NCBI GenBank assembly: GCA_964016885.1
Contig: OZ024740.1
Span: forward strand, 16,616,001 to 16,680,000
Reading direction: 5' to 3'
DNA length: 64,000 nucleotides
Origin: Eledone cirrhosa
Lineage: Eukaryota
Part shown: positions 15,301-29,841 of the stretch, piece after piece
Layout of the letters: every line of letters begins with the position of its first letter
Position numbering within the stretch: position 1 is the first letter of the stretch
Notes under the pieces: model-generated
What the model was told of the DNA's origin: nothing
The model's input: only the letters and a program-made list of their open reading frames with translations
Database searches by the model: none
Made by a program: the position numbers and the translations under genes

Positions 15301-18199
15301 TGACAGAGCTTTACAGGGAAACATCAGTGTAAATATGGTGGCTTCTGGATAGAGGTTTACACGGAGACATCAGTGTAAATATGGTGGCTTCTGGACAGAG
15401 GTTTACAGGGAGACATCAGAGTTAATATGGTGGCTTCTAGACAGAGCTTTGCAGGAAGATATCAGAGTAAATATGGTGGCTTTTAGACAAAGCTTTACAG
15501 GGAGACATCAGTGTAAATATGGTGGCTTCTAGACAGAGCTTTACAGGGAGACATCAGTGTAAATATGGTGGCTTCTAGACAAAGCTTTACAGGGAGACAT
15601 CAGTGTAAATATGGTGGCTTCTAGACGGAGGTTTACAGGGAGACATCAGTGTAAATATAGTGCCTTCTGGAGAGAGGATTACAGGGAGATATCAGTGTAA
15701 ATATGGTGGCTTCTAGATAGAGGTTTCCAGGGAGACAACAGTGTAAATATGGTGGCTTCTAGACTGAGGTTTACAGGGAGACATCAGTGTAAATGTGGTG
15801 GCTTCTGGACAGAGGTTTACAGGGAGACATCAGAGTTAATATGGTGGCTTCTAGACAGAGCTTTGCAGGAAGATATCAGAGTAAATATGGTGGCTTTTAG
15901 ACAAAGCTTTACAGGGAGACATCAGTGTAAATATGGTGGCTTCTAGACAGAGCTTTACAGGGAGACATCAGTGTAAATATGGTGGCTTCTAGACAAAGCT
16001 TTACAGGGAGACATCAGTCTAAATATGGTGGCTTCTAGACAAGGCTTTACAGGAAGACATCAGTGTAAATATGGTGGCTTCTTGACAGAGCTTTACAGGG
16101 AAACATCAGTGTAAATATGGTGGCTTCTGGATAGAGGTTTACAGGGAGACATCAGTGTAAATATGGTGGCTTCTGGACAGAGGTTTACAGGGAGACATCA
16201 GTGTAAATATGGTGGCTTCTGGACAGAGGTTTACAGGGAGATATCAGAGTAAATATGGTGGCTTCTAGACAGAGGTTTACAGGGATATTTTAGTGTAAAT
16301 ATGGTGGCTTCTGGACAGAGGTTTACAGGGAGACATCAGTGTAAATATGGTGGCTTCTAGACAGAGCTTTACAGGGAGATATCAGAGTAAATATGGTGGC
16401 TTCTGGACAGAGCTTTACAGGGAGATATCAGAGTAAATATGGTGGCTTCTAGACAAAGCTTTACAGGGAGACATAAGTGTAAATATAGTGGCTTTTGGAG
16501 AGAGGATTAAAGGGAGACATCAGTGTAAATATGGTGGCTTCTAGACAGAGATTTACAGGGAGACATCAGTGTAAATATGGTGTCTTCTGGACAGAGGTTG
16601 ACAGGGAGATATCAGTGTAAATATGGTGTCTTCTGGACAGAGGTTTACAGGGAGACATCAGTGTAAATATGGTGGCTTCTGGACAGAGGTTTACAGGGAG
16701 ACATCAGTGTAAAAATGGTGGCTTCTGGACAGAGGTTTACAGGGAGACATCAGTGTAAATATGGTGGCTTCTGGACAGAGCTTTACAGGGAGACGTCAAT
16801 GTAAATATGTTGGCTTCTAGACAGAGGTTTACAGGGAGACATCAGTGTAAATATGGTGGCTTCTGGATAGAGGTTTACAGGGAGACATCAGTGTAAATAT
16901 GGTGGCTTCTGGACAGAGGTTTACAGGGTGACATCAGTGTAAATATGGTGGCTTCTGGACAGAGGTTTACAGGGAGACATCAGAGTTAATATGGTGGCTT
17001 CTAGACAGAGCTTTACAGGGAGATATCAGAGTAAATATGGTGGCTTTTAGACAAAGCTTTACAGGGAGACATCAGTGTAAATATGGTGGCTTCTAGACAG
17101 AGCTTTACAGGGAGACATCAGTGTAAATATGGTGGCTTCTAGACAAAGCTTTACAGGGAGACATCAGTGTAAATATGGTGGCTTCTAGACAAAGCTTTAC
17201 AGGGAGACATCAGTGTAAATATGGTGGCTTCTTGACAGAGCTTTACAGGGAAACATCAGTGTAAATATGGTGGCTTCTGGATAGAGGTTTACACGGAGAC
17301 ATCAGTGTAAATATGGTGGCTTCTGGACAGAGGTTTACAGGGAGACATCAGTGTAAATATGGTGGCTTCTGGACAGAGGTTTACAGGGAGACATCAGAGT
17401 TAATATGGTGGCTTCTAGACAGAGCTTTGCAGGAAGATATCAGAGTAAATATGGTGGCTTTTAGACAAAGCTTTACAGGGAGACATCAGTGTAAATATGG
17501 TGGCTTCTAGACAGAGCTTTACAGGGAGACATCAGTGTAAATATGGTGGCTTCTAGACAAAGCTTTACAGGGAGACATCAGTGTAAATATGGTGGCTTCT
17601 AGACAAAGCTTTACAGGGAGACATCAGTGTAAATATGGTGGCTTCTTGACAGAGCTTTACAGGGAAACATCAGTGTAAATATGGTGGCTTCTGGATAGAG
17701 GTTTACAGGGAGACATCAGTGTAAATATGGTGGCTTCTGGACAGAGGTTTACAGGGAGACATCAGTGTAAATATGGTGGCTTCTGGACAGAGGTTTACAG
17801 GGAGATATCAGAGTAAATATGGTGGCTTCTAGACAGAGGTTTACAGGGATATTTTAGTGTAAATATGGTGGCTTCTGGACAGAGGTTTACAGGGAGATAT
17901 CAGTGTAAATATGGTGGCTTCTAGACAGAGCTTTACAGGGAGATATCAGTGTAAATATGGTGGCTTCTGGACAGAGGTTTACAAGGAGACATCAGTGTAA
18001 ATATGGTGGCATCTGGACAAAGGTTTACAGGGACACAGTGTAAATATGGTGGCTTCTAGACAGAGCTTTACAGGGAGATATCAGAGTAAATATGGTGTCT
18101 TCTGGACAGAGGTTTACAGGGAGACATCAGTGTAAATATGGTGGCTTCTAGACTGAGGTTTACAGGGAGACATCAGTGTAAATATGGTGGCTTCTGGAT

Positions 18200-21100
18200 A
18201 GAGGTTTACAGGGAGACATCAGTGTAAATATGGTGGCTTCTGGACAGAGGTTTACAGGGAGACATTAGTGTAAATATGGTGGCTTCTAGGCAGAGCTTTA
18301 CAGGGAGATATCAGAGTAAATATGGTGGCTTCTGAACAGAGCTTTACAGGGAGACATCAGTGTAAATATGGTGGCTTCTAGACAGAGGTTTACAGGGAGA
18401 CATCAGTGTAAATATGGTGGCTTCTAGACAGAGGTTTACAGGGAGATATCAGTGTAAATATGGTGGCTTCTAGACGCAGGTTTACAGGGAGATATCAGTG
18501 TAAATATGATGTTTTCTGGACAGAGGTTTACAAGGAGATATCAGTGTAAATATGGTGTCTTTTGGACAGAGCTTTACAGGGAGATATCAGAGTAAATATG
18601 GTGGCTTCTAGACAAAGCTTTACAGGGAGACATCAATGTAAATATAGTGGCTTCTGGAGAGAGGATTACAGGGAGACATCAGTGTAAATATGGTGGCTTC
18701 TAGACAGAGGTTTACAGGGAGACATCAGTGTAAATAAGGTGGCTTCTAGACAGAGCTTTACAGGGAGATATCAGTGTAAATATGGTGGCTTCTGGACAGA
18801 GGTTTACAAGGAGACATCAGTGTAAATATGGTGGCTTCTAGACAGAGCTTTACAGGGAGACATTAGTGTAAATATGGTGGCTTCTAGACAGAGCTTTACA
18901 GGGAGATATCAGAGTAAATATGGTGGCTTCTGGACAGAGCTTTGCAGGGAGACATCAGTGTAAATATAGTGGCTTCTAGACAAGGCTTTACAGGAAGACA
19001 TCAGTGTAAATATGGTGGCTTCTTGACAGAGCTTTACAGGGAAACATCAGTGTAAATATGGTGGCTTCTGGATAGAGGTTTACAGGGAGACATCAGTGTA
19101 AATATGGTGGCTTCTGGACAGAGGTTTACAGTGAGACATCAGTGTAAATATGGTGGCTTCTGGACAGAGGTTTACAGGGAGATATCAGAGTAAATATGGT
19201 GGCTTCTAGACAGAGGTTTACAGGGATATTTTAGTGTAAATATGGTGGCTTCTGGACAGAGGTTTACAGGGAGACATCAGTGTAAATATGGTGGCTTCTA
19301 GACAGAGCTTTACAGGGAGATATCAGTGTAAATATGGTGGCTTCTGGACAGAGGTTTACAAGGAGACATCAGTGTAAATATGGTGGCTTCTAGACTGAGG
19401 TTTACAGGGAGACATCAGTGTAAATATGGTGGCTTCTGGATAGAGGTTTACAGGTAGACATCAGTGTAAATATGGTGGCTTCTGGACAGAGGTTTACAGG
19501 GAGACATTAGTGTAAATATGGTGGCTTCTAGACAGAGCTTTACAGGGAGATATCAGAGTAAATATGGTGGCTTCTGAACAGAGCTTTACAGGGAGACATC
19601 AGTGTAAATATGGTGGATTCTAGACAGAGGTTTACAGGGAGACATCAGTGTAAATATGGTGGCTTCTAGACAGAGGTTTACAGGGAGACATCAGTGTAAA
19701 TATGGTGGCTTCTAGACGGAGGTTTACAGGGAGATATCAGTGTAAATATGGTGTTTTCTGGACAGAGGTTTACAAGGAGATATCAGTGTAAATATGGTGT
19801 CTTTTGGACAGAGCTTTACAGGGAGATATCAGAGTAAATATGGTGGCTTCTGGACAGAGCTTTACAGGGAGATATCAGAGTAAATATGGTGGCTTCTAGA
19901 CAAAGCTTTACAGGGAGACATCAGTGTAAATATAGTGGCTTCTGGAGAGAGGATTACAGGGAGACATCAGTGTAAATATGGTGACTTCTAGACAGAGATT
20001 TACAGGGAGACATCAGTGTAAATATGGTGACTTCTAGACAGAGGTTTACAAGGAGACATCAGTGTAAAAATGGTGGCTTCTGGACAGAGGTTTACAGGGA
20101 GACATCAGAGTTAATATGGTGGCTTCTAGACAGAGCTTTGCAGGAAGATATCAGAGTAAATATGGTGGCTTTTAGACAAAGCTTTACAGGGAGACATCAG
20201 TGTAAATATGGTGGCTTCTAGACAGAGCTTTACAGGGAGACATCAGTGTAAATATGGTGGCTTCTAGACAAAGCTTTACAGGGAGACATCAGTCTAAATA
20301 TGGTGGCTTCTAGACAAGGCTTTACAGGGAGACATCAGTGTAAATATGGTGGCTTCTTGACAGAGCTTTACAGGGAAACATCAGTGTAAATATGGTGGCT
20401 TCTGGATAGAGGTTTACACGGAGACATCAGTGTAAATATGGTGGCTTCTGGACAGAGGTTTACAGGGAGACATCAGAGTTAATATGGTGGCTTCTAGACA
20501 GAGCTTTGAAGGAAGATATCAGAGTAAATATGGTGGCTTTTAGACAAAGCTTTACAGGGAGACATCAGTGTAAATATGGTGGCTTCTAGACAGAGCTTTA
20601 CAGGGAGACATCAGTGTAAATATGGTGGCTTCTAGACAAAGCTTTACAGGGAGACATCAGTGTAAATATGGTGGCTTCTAGACGGAGGTTTACAGGGAGA
20701 TATCAGTGTAAATATGGTGTTTTCTGGACAGAGGTTTACAAGGAGATATCAGTGTAAATATGGTGTCTTTTGGACAGAGCTTTACAGGGAGATATCAGAG
20801 TAAATATGGTGGCTTCTGGACAGAGCTTTACAGGGAGATATCAGAGTAAATATGGTGGCTTCTAGACAAAGCTTTACAGGGAGACATAAGTGTAAATATA
20901 GTGGCTTTTGGAGAGAGGATTACAGGGAGACATCAGTGTAAATATGGTGGCTTCTAGACAGAGATTTACAGGGAGACATCAGTGTAAATATGGTGTCTTC
21001 TGGACAGAGGTTTACAGGGAGATATCAGTGTAAATATGGTGTCTTCTGGACAGAGGTTTACAGGGAGACATCAGTGTAAATATGGTGGCTTCTGGACAGA

Positions 21101-24100
21101 GGTTTACAGGGAGACATCAGTGTAAAAATGGTGGCTTCTGGACAGAGGTTTACAGGGAGACATCAGTGTAAATATGGTGGCTTCTGGACAGAGCTTTACA
21201 GGGAGACGTCAGTGTAAATATGTTGGCTTCTAGACAGAGGTTTACAGGGAGACATCAGTGTAAATATGGTGGCTTCTGGATAGAGGTTTACAGGGAGACA
21301 TCAGTGTAAATATGGTGGCTTCTGGACAGAGGTTTACAGGGTGACATCAGTGTAAATATGGTGGCTTCTGGACAGAGGTTTACAGGGAGACATCAGAGTT
21401 AATATGGTGGCTTCTAGACAGAGCTTTACAGGGAGATATCAGAGTAAATATGGTGGCTTTTAGACAAAGCTTTACAGGGAGACATCAGTGTAAATATGGT
21501 GGCTTCTAGACAGAGCTTTACAGGGAGACATCAGTGTAAATATGGTGGCTTCTAGACAAAGCTTTACAGGGAGACATCAGTGTAAATATGGTGGCTTCTA
21601 GACAAAGCTTTACAGGGAGACATCAGTGTAAATATGGTGGCTTCTTGACAGAGCTTTACAGGGAAACATCAGTGTAAATATGGTGGCTTCTGGATAGAGG
21701 TTTACAGGGAGACATCAGTGTAAATATGGTGGCTTCTGGACAGAGGTTTACAGGGAGACATCAGTGTAAATATGGTGGCTTCTGGACAGAGGTTTACAGG
21801 GAGATATCAGAGTAAATATGGTGGCTTCTAGACAGAGATTTACAGGGAGATATCAGTGTAAATATGGTGGCTTCTGGACAGAGGTTTACAAGGAGACATC
21901 AGTGTAAATATGGTGGCATCTGGACAAAGGTTTACAGGGACACAGTGTAAATATGGTGGCTTCTAGACAGAGCTTTACAGGGAGATATCAGGGTAAATAT
22001 GGTGTCTTCTGGACAGAGGTTTACAGGGAGACATCAGTGTAAATATGGTGGCTTCTAGACTGAGGTTTACAGGGAGACATCAGTGTAAATATGGTGGCTT
22101 CTGGATAGAGGTTTACAGGGAGACATCAGTGTAAATATGGTGGCTTCTGGACAGAGGTTTACAGGGAGACATTAGTGTAAATATGGTGGCTTCTAGACAG
22201 AGCTTTACAGGGAGATATCAGAGTAAATATGGTGGCTTCTGAACAGAGCTTTACAGGGAGACATCAGTGTAAATATGGTGGCTTCTAGACAGAGGTTTAC
22301 AGGGAGACATCAGTGTAAATATGGTGGCTTCTAGACAGAGGTTTACAGGGAGATATCAGTGTAAATATGGTGGCTTCTAGACGCAGGTTTACAGGGAGAT
22401 ATCAGTGTAAATATGGTGTTTTCTGGACAGAGGTTTACAAGGAGATATCAGTGTAAATATGGTGTCTTTTGGACAGAGCTTTACAGGGAGATATCAGAGT
22501 AAATATGGTGGCTTCTAGACAAAGCTTTACAGGGAGACATCAATGTAAATATAGTGGCTTCTGGAGAGAGGATTACAGGGAGACATCAGTGTAAATATGG
22601 TGGCTTCTAGACAGAGCTTTACAGGGAGACATCAGTGTAAATATGGTGGCTTCTGGACAGAGGTTTACAGGGAGACATTAGTGTAAATATGGTGGCTTCT
22701 AGGCAGAGCTTTACAGGGAGATATCAGAGTAAATATGGTGGCTTCTGAACAGAGCTTTACAGGGAGACATCAGTGTAAATATGGTGGCTTCTAGACAGAG
22801 GTTTACAGGGAGACATCAGTGTAAATATGGTGGCTTCTAGACAGAGGTTTACAGGGAGATATCAGTGTAAATATGGTGGCTTCTAGACGCAGGTTTACAG
22901 GGAGATATCAGTGTAAATATGGTGTTTTCTGGACAGAGGTTTACAAGGAGATATCAGTGTAAATATGGTGTCTTTTGGACAGAGCTTTACAGGGAGATAT
23001 CAGAGTAAATATGGTGGCTTCTAGACAAAGCTTTACAGGGAGACATCAATGTAAATATAGTGGCTTCTGGAGAGAGGATTACAGGGAGACATCAGTGTAA
23101 ATATGGTGGCTTCTAGACAGAGGTTTACAGGGAGACATCAGTGTAAATAAGGTGGCTTCTAGACAGAGCTTTACAGGGAGATATCAGTGTAAATATGGTG
23201 GCTTCTGGACAGAGGTTTACAAGGAGACATCAGTGTAAATATGGTGGCTTCTAGACAGAGCTTTACAGGGAGACATTAGTGTAAATATGGTGGCTTCTAG
23301 ACAGAGCTTTACAGTGAGATATCAGAGTAAATATGGTGGCTTCTGGACAGAGCTTTGCAGGGAGACATCAGTGTAAATATAGTGGCTTCTAGACAAGGCT
23401 TTACAGGAAGACATCAGTGTAAATATGGTGGCTTCTTGACAGAGCTTTACAGGGAAACATCAGTGTAAATATGGTGGCTTCTGGATAGAGGTTTACAGGG
23501 AGACATCAGTGTAAATATGGTGGCTTCTGGACAGAGGTTTACAGGGAGACATCAGTGTAAATATGGTGGCTTCTGGACAGAGGTTTACAGGGAGATATCA
23601 GAGTAAATATGGTGGCTTCTAGACAGAGGTTTACAGGGATATTTTAGTGTAAATATGGTGGCTTCTGGACAGAGGTTTACAGGGAGACATCAGTGTAAAT
23701 ATGGTGGCTTCTAGACAGAGCTTTACAGGGAGATATCAGTGTAAATATGGTGGCTTCTGGACAGAGGTTTACAAGGAGACATCAGTGTAAATATGGTGGC
23801 TTCTAGACTGAGGTTTACAGGGAGACATCAGTGTAAATATGGTGGCTTCTGGATAGAGGTTTACAGGTAGACATCAGTGTAAATATGGTGGCTTCTGGAC
23901 AGAGGTTTACAGGGAGACATTAGTGTAAATATGGTGGCTTCTAGACAGAGCTTTACAGGGAGATATCAGAGTAAATATGGTGGCTTCTGAACAGAGCTTT
24001 ACAGGGAGACATCAGTGTAAATATGGTGGATTCTAGACAGAGGTTTACAGGGAGACATCAGTGTAAATATGGTGGCTTCTAGACAGAGGTTTACAGGGAG

Positions 24101-26480
24101 ACATCAGTGTAAATATGGTGGCTTCTAGACGGAGGTTTACAGGGAGATATCAGTGTAAATATGGTGTTTTCTGGACAGAGGTTTACAAGGAGATATCAGT
24201 GTAAATATGGTGTCTTTTGGACAGAGCTTTACAGGGAGATATCAGAGTAAATATGGTGGCTTCTGGACAGAGCTTTACAGGGAGATATCAGAGTAAATAT
24301 GGTGGCTTCTAGACAAAGCTTTACAGGGAGACATCAGTGTAAATATAGTGGCTTCTGGAGAGAGGATTACAGGGAGACATCAGTGTAAATATGGTGACTT
24401 CTAGACAGAGATTTACAGGGAGACATCAGTGTAAATATGGTGTCTTCTGGACAGAGGTTTACAGGGAGACATCAGTGTAAAAATGGTGGCTTCTGGACAG
24501 AGGTTTACAGGGTGACATCAGAGTTAATATGGTGGCTTCTAGACAGAGCTTTGCAGGAAGATATCAGAGTAAATATGGTGGCTTTTAGACAAAGCTTTAC
24601 AGGGAGACATCAGTGTAAATATGGTGGCTTCTAGACAGAGCTTTACAGGGAGACATCAGTGTAAATATGGTGGCTTCTAGACAAAGCTTTACAGGGAGAC
24701 ATCAGTCTAAATATGGTGGCTTCTAGACAAGGCTTTACAGGGAGACATCAGTGTAAATATGGTGGCTTCTTGACAGAGCTTTACAGGGAAACATCAGTGT
24801 AAATATGGTGGCTTCTGGATAGAGGTTTACACGGAGACATCAGTGTAAATATGGTGGCTTCTGGACAGAGGTTTACAGGGAGACATCAGAGTTAATATGG
24901 TGGCTTCTAGACAGAGCTTTGAAGGAAGATATCAGAGTAAATATGGTGGCTTTTAGACAAAGCTTTACAGGGAGACATCAGTGTAAATATGGTGGCTTCT
25001 AGACAGAGCTTTACAGGGAGACATCAGTGTAAATATGGTGGCTTCTAGACAAAGCTTTACAGGGAGACATCAGTGTAAATATGGTGGCTTCTAGACGGAG
25101 GTTTACAGGGAGATATCAGTGTAAATATGGTGTTTTCTGGACAGAGGTTTACAAGGAGATATCAGTGTAAATATGGTGTCTTTTGGACAGAGCTTTACAG
25201 GGAGATATCAGAGTAAATATGGTGGCTTCTGGACAGAGCTTTACAGGGAGATATCAGAGTAAATATGGTGGCTTCTAGACAAAGCTTTACAGGGAGACAT
25301 AAGTGTAAATATAGTGGCTTTTGGAGAGAGGATTACAGGGAGACATCAGTGTAAATATGGTGGCTTCTAGACAGAGATTTACAGGGAGACATCAGTGTAA
25401 ATATGGTGTCTTCTGGACAGAGGTTTACAGGGAGATATCAGTGTAAATATGGTGTCTTCTGGACAGAGGTTTACAGGGAGACATCAGTGTAAATATGGTG
25501 GCTTCTGGACAGAGGTTTACAGGGAGACATCAGTGTAAAAATGGTGGCTTCTGGACAGAGGTTTACAGGGAGACATCAGTGTAAATATGGTGGCTTCTGG
25601 ACAGAGCTTTACAGGGAGACGTCAGTGTAAATATGTTGGCTTCTAGACAGAGGTTTACAGGGAGACATCAGTGTAAATATGGTGGCTTCTGGATAGAGGT
25701 TTACAGGGAGACATCAGTGTAAATATGGTGGCTTCTGGACAGAGGTTTACAGGGTGACATCAGCGTAAATATGGTGGCTTCTGGACAGAGGTTTACAGGG
25801 AGACATCAGAGTTAATATGGTGGCTTCTAGACAGAGCTTTACAGGGAGATATCAGAGTAAATATGGTGGCTTTTAGACAAAGCTTTACAGGGAGACATCA
25901 GTGTAAATATGGTGGCTTCTAGACAGAGCTTTACAGGGAGACATCAGTGTAAATATGGTGGCTTCTAGACAAAGCTTTACAGGGAGACATCAGTGTAAAT
26001 ATGGTGGCTTCTAGACAAAGCTTTACAGGGAGACATCAGTGTAAATATGGTGGCTTCTTGACAGAGCTTTACAGGGAAACATCAGTGTAAATATGGTGGC
26101 TTCTGGATAGAGGTTTACAGGGAGACATCAGTGTAAATATGGTGGCTTCTGGACAGAGGTTTACAGGGAGACATCAGTGTAAATATGGTGGCTTCTGGAC
26201 AGAGGTTTACAGGGAGATATCAGAGTAAATATGGTGGCATCTGGACAAAGGTTTACAGGGACACAGTGTAAATATGGTGGCTTCTAGACAGAGCTTTACA
26301 GGGAGATATCAGAGTAAATATGGTGTCTTCTGGACAGAGGTTTACAGGGAGACATCAGTGTAAATATGGTGGCTTCTAGACTGAGGTTTACAGGGAGACA
26401 TCAGTGTAAATATGGTGGCTTCTGGATAGAGGTTTACAGGGAGACATCAGTGTAAATATGGTGGCTTCTGGACAGAGGTT
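18200..26480. repeat. Higher-order tandem duplication, 4413-bp offset (96 monomers, one of them 43 bp)
   Basis: GGCTTCTAGGCAG at 18281/22694, TAAATAAGG at 18731/23144, TGGTGGATTC at 19611/24024 and track ORFs at 20024/24437 are all offset by 4413. Confidence 0.88.
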
Positions 26481-29400
26481 TACAAGGAGACATCAGTGTA
26501 AATATGGTGGCATCTGGACAAAGGTTTACAGGGACACAGTGTAAATATGGTGGCTTCTAGACAGAGCTTTACAGGGAGATATCAGAGTAAATATGGTGTC
26601 TTCTGGACAGAGGTTTACAGGGAGACATCAGTGTAAATATGGTGGCTTCTAGACTGAGGTTTACAGGGAGACATCAGTGTAAATATGGTGGCTTCTGGAT
26701 AGAGGTTTACAGGGAGACATCAGTGTAAATATGGTGGCTTCTGGACAGAGGTTTACAGGGAGACATTAGTGTAAATATGGTGGCTTCTAGACAGAGCTTT
26801 ACAGGGAGATATCAGAGTAAATATGGTGGCTTCTAGACGCAGGTTTACAGGGAGATATCAGTGTAAATATGGTGTTTTCTGGACAGAGGTTTACAAGGAG
26901 ATATCAGTGTAAATATGGTGTCTTTTGGACAGAGCTTTACAGGGAGATATCAGAGTAAATATGGTGGCTTCTAGACAAAGCTTTACAGGGAGACATCAAT
27001 GTAAATATAGTGGCTTCTGGAGAGAGGATTACAGGGAGACATCAGTGTAAATATGGTGGCTTCTAGACAGAGCTTTACAGGGAGATATCAGTGTAAATAT
27101 GGTGGCTTCTGGACAGAGGTTTACAAGGAGACATCAGTGTAAATATGGTGGCTTCTAGACAGAGCTTTACAGGGAGACATTAGTGTAAATATGGTGGCTT
27201 CTAGACTGAGGTTTACAGGGAGACATCAGTGTAAATATGGTGGCTTCTGGACAGAGGTTTACAGGGAGACATCAGAGTTAATATGGTGGCTTCTAGACAG
27301 AGCTTTGCAGGAAGATATCAGAGTAAATATGGTGGCTTTTAGACAAAGCTTTACAGGGAGACATCAGTGTAAATATGGTGACTTCTAGACAGAGCTTTAC
27401 AGGGAGACATCAGTGTAAATATGGTGGCTTCTAGACAAAGCTTTACAGGGAGACATCAGTCTAAATATGGTGGCTTCTAGACAAGGCTTTACAGGAAGAC
27501 ATCAGTGTAAATATGGTGGCTTCTTGACAGAGCTTTACAGGGAAACATCAGTGTAAATATGGTGGCTTCTGGATAGAGGTTTACAGGGAGACATCAGTGT
27601 AAATATGGTGGCTTCTGGACAGAGGTTTACAGGGAGACATCAGTGTAAATATGGTGGCTTCTGGACAGAGGTTTACAGGGAGATATCAGAGTAAATATGG
27701 TGGCTTCTAGACAGAGGTTTACAGGGATATTTTAGTGTAAATATGGTGGCTTCTGGACAGAGGTTTACAGGGAGACATCAGTGTAAATATGGTGGCTTCT
27801 AGACAGAGCTTTACAGGGAGATATCAGTGTAAATATGGTGGCTTCTGGATAGAGGTTTACAGGTAGACATCAGTGTAAATATGGTGGCTTCTGGACAGAG
27901 GTTTACAGGGAGACATTAGTGTAAATATGGTGGCTTCTAGACAGAGCTTTACAGGGAGATATCAGAGTAAATATGGTGGCTTCTGAACAGAGCTTTACAG
28001 GGAGACATCAGTGTAAATATGGTGGCTTCTAGACAGAGGTTTACAGGGAGACATCAGTGTAAATATGGTGGCTTCTAGACGGAGGTTTACAGGGAGATAT
28101 CAGTGTAAATATGGTGTTTTCTGGACAGAGGTTTACAAGGAGATATCAGTGTAAATATGGTGTCTTTTGGACAGAGCTTTACAGGGAGATATCAGAGTAA
28201 ATATGGTGGCTTCTGGACAGAGCTTTACAGGGAGATATCAGAGTAAATATGGTGGCTTCTAGACAAAGCTTTACAGGGAGACATCAGTGTAAATATAGTG
28301 GCTTCTGGAGAGAGGATTACAGGGAGACATCAGTGTAAATATGGTGACTTCTAGACAGAGATTTACAGGGAGACATCAGTGTAAATATGGTGTCTTCTGG
28401 ACAGAGGTTTACAGGGAGATATCAGTGTAAATATGGTGTCTTCTGGACAGAGGTTTACAGGGAGACATCAGTGTAAATATGGTGGCTTCTGGACAGAGGT
28501 TTACAGGGAGACATCAGTGTAAAAATGGTGGCTTCTGGACAGAGGTTTACAGGGAGACATCAGTGTAAATATGGTGGCTTCTGGACAGAGTTTTACAGGG
28601 AGACGTCAGTGTAAATATGATGGCTTCTAGATAGAGGTTTCCAGGGAGACAACAGTGTAAATATGGTGGCTTCTAGACTGAGGTTTACAGGGAGACATCA
28701 GTGTAAATATGGTGGCTTCTGGACAGAGGTTTACAGGGAGACATCAGAGTTAATATGGTGGCTTCTAGACAGAGCTTTGCAGGAAGATATCAGAGTAAAT
28801 ATGGTGGCTTTTAGACAAAGCTTTACAGGGAGACATCAGTGTAAATATGGTGGCTTCTAGACAGAGCTTTACAGGGAGACATCAGTGTAAATATGGTGGC
28901 TTCTAGACAAAGCTTTACAGGGAGACATCAGTCTAAATATGGTGGCTTCTAGACAAGGCTTTACAGGGAGACATCAGTGTAAATATGGTGGCTTCTTGAC
29001 AGAGCTTTACAGGGAAACATCAGTGTAAATATGGTGGCTTCTGGATAGAGGTTTACAGGGAGACATCAGTGTAAATATGGTGGCTTCTGGACAGAGGTTT
29101 ACAGGGAGACATCAGTGTAAATATGGTGGCTTCTGGACAGAGGTTTACAGGGAGATATCAGAGTAAATATGGTGGCTTCTAGACAGAGGTTTACAGGGAT
29201 ATTTTAGTGTAAATATGGTGGCTTCTGGACAGAGGTTTACAGGGAGACATCAGTGTAAATATGGTGGCTTCTAGACAGAGCTTTACAGGGAGATATCAGT
29301 GTAAATATGGTGGCTTCTGGACAGAGGTTTACAAGGAGACATCAGTGTAAATATGGTGGCTTCTAGACTGAGGTTTACAGGGAGACATCAGTGTAAATAT

Positions 29401-29545
29401 GGTGGCTTCTGGATAGAGGTTTACAGGTAGACATCAGTGTAAATATGGTGGCTTCTGGACAGAGGTTTACAGGGAGACATTAGTGTAAATATGGTGGCTT
29501 CTAGACAGAGATTTACAGGGAGATATCAGAGTAAATATGGTGGCT
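26450..29545. repeat. ~3.1-kb block, copy 1 (copy 2 at ~42900-45997)
   Basis: ORF pairs 27191/43643 and 28663/45115, TACAAGG at 26481/42933 and ATTTACAGGGAGATATC at 29511/45963 are all offset by 16452. Confidence 0.85.
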
Positions 29546-29841
29546 TCTGGACAGAGCTTTACAGGGAGATATCAGAGTAAATATGGTGGCTTCTAGACAA
29601 AGCTTTACAGGGAGACATCAGTGTAAATATAGTGGCTTCTGGAGAGAGGATTACAGGGAGACATCAGTGTAAATATGGTGACTTCTAGACAGAGATTTAC
29701 AGGGAGACATCAGTGTAAATATGGTGTCTTCTGGACAGAGGTTTACAGGGAGACATCAGTGTAAAAATGGTGGCTTCTGGACAGAGGTTTACAGGGTGAC
29801 ATCAGAGTTATATGGTGGCTTCTAGACAGAGCTTTGCAGGA

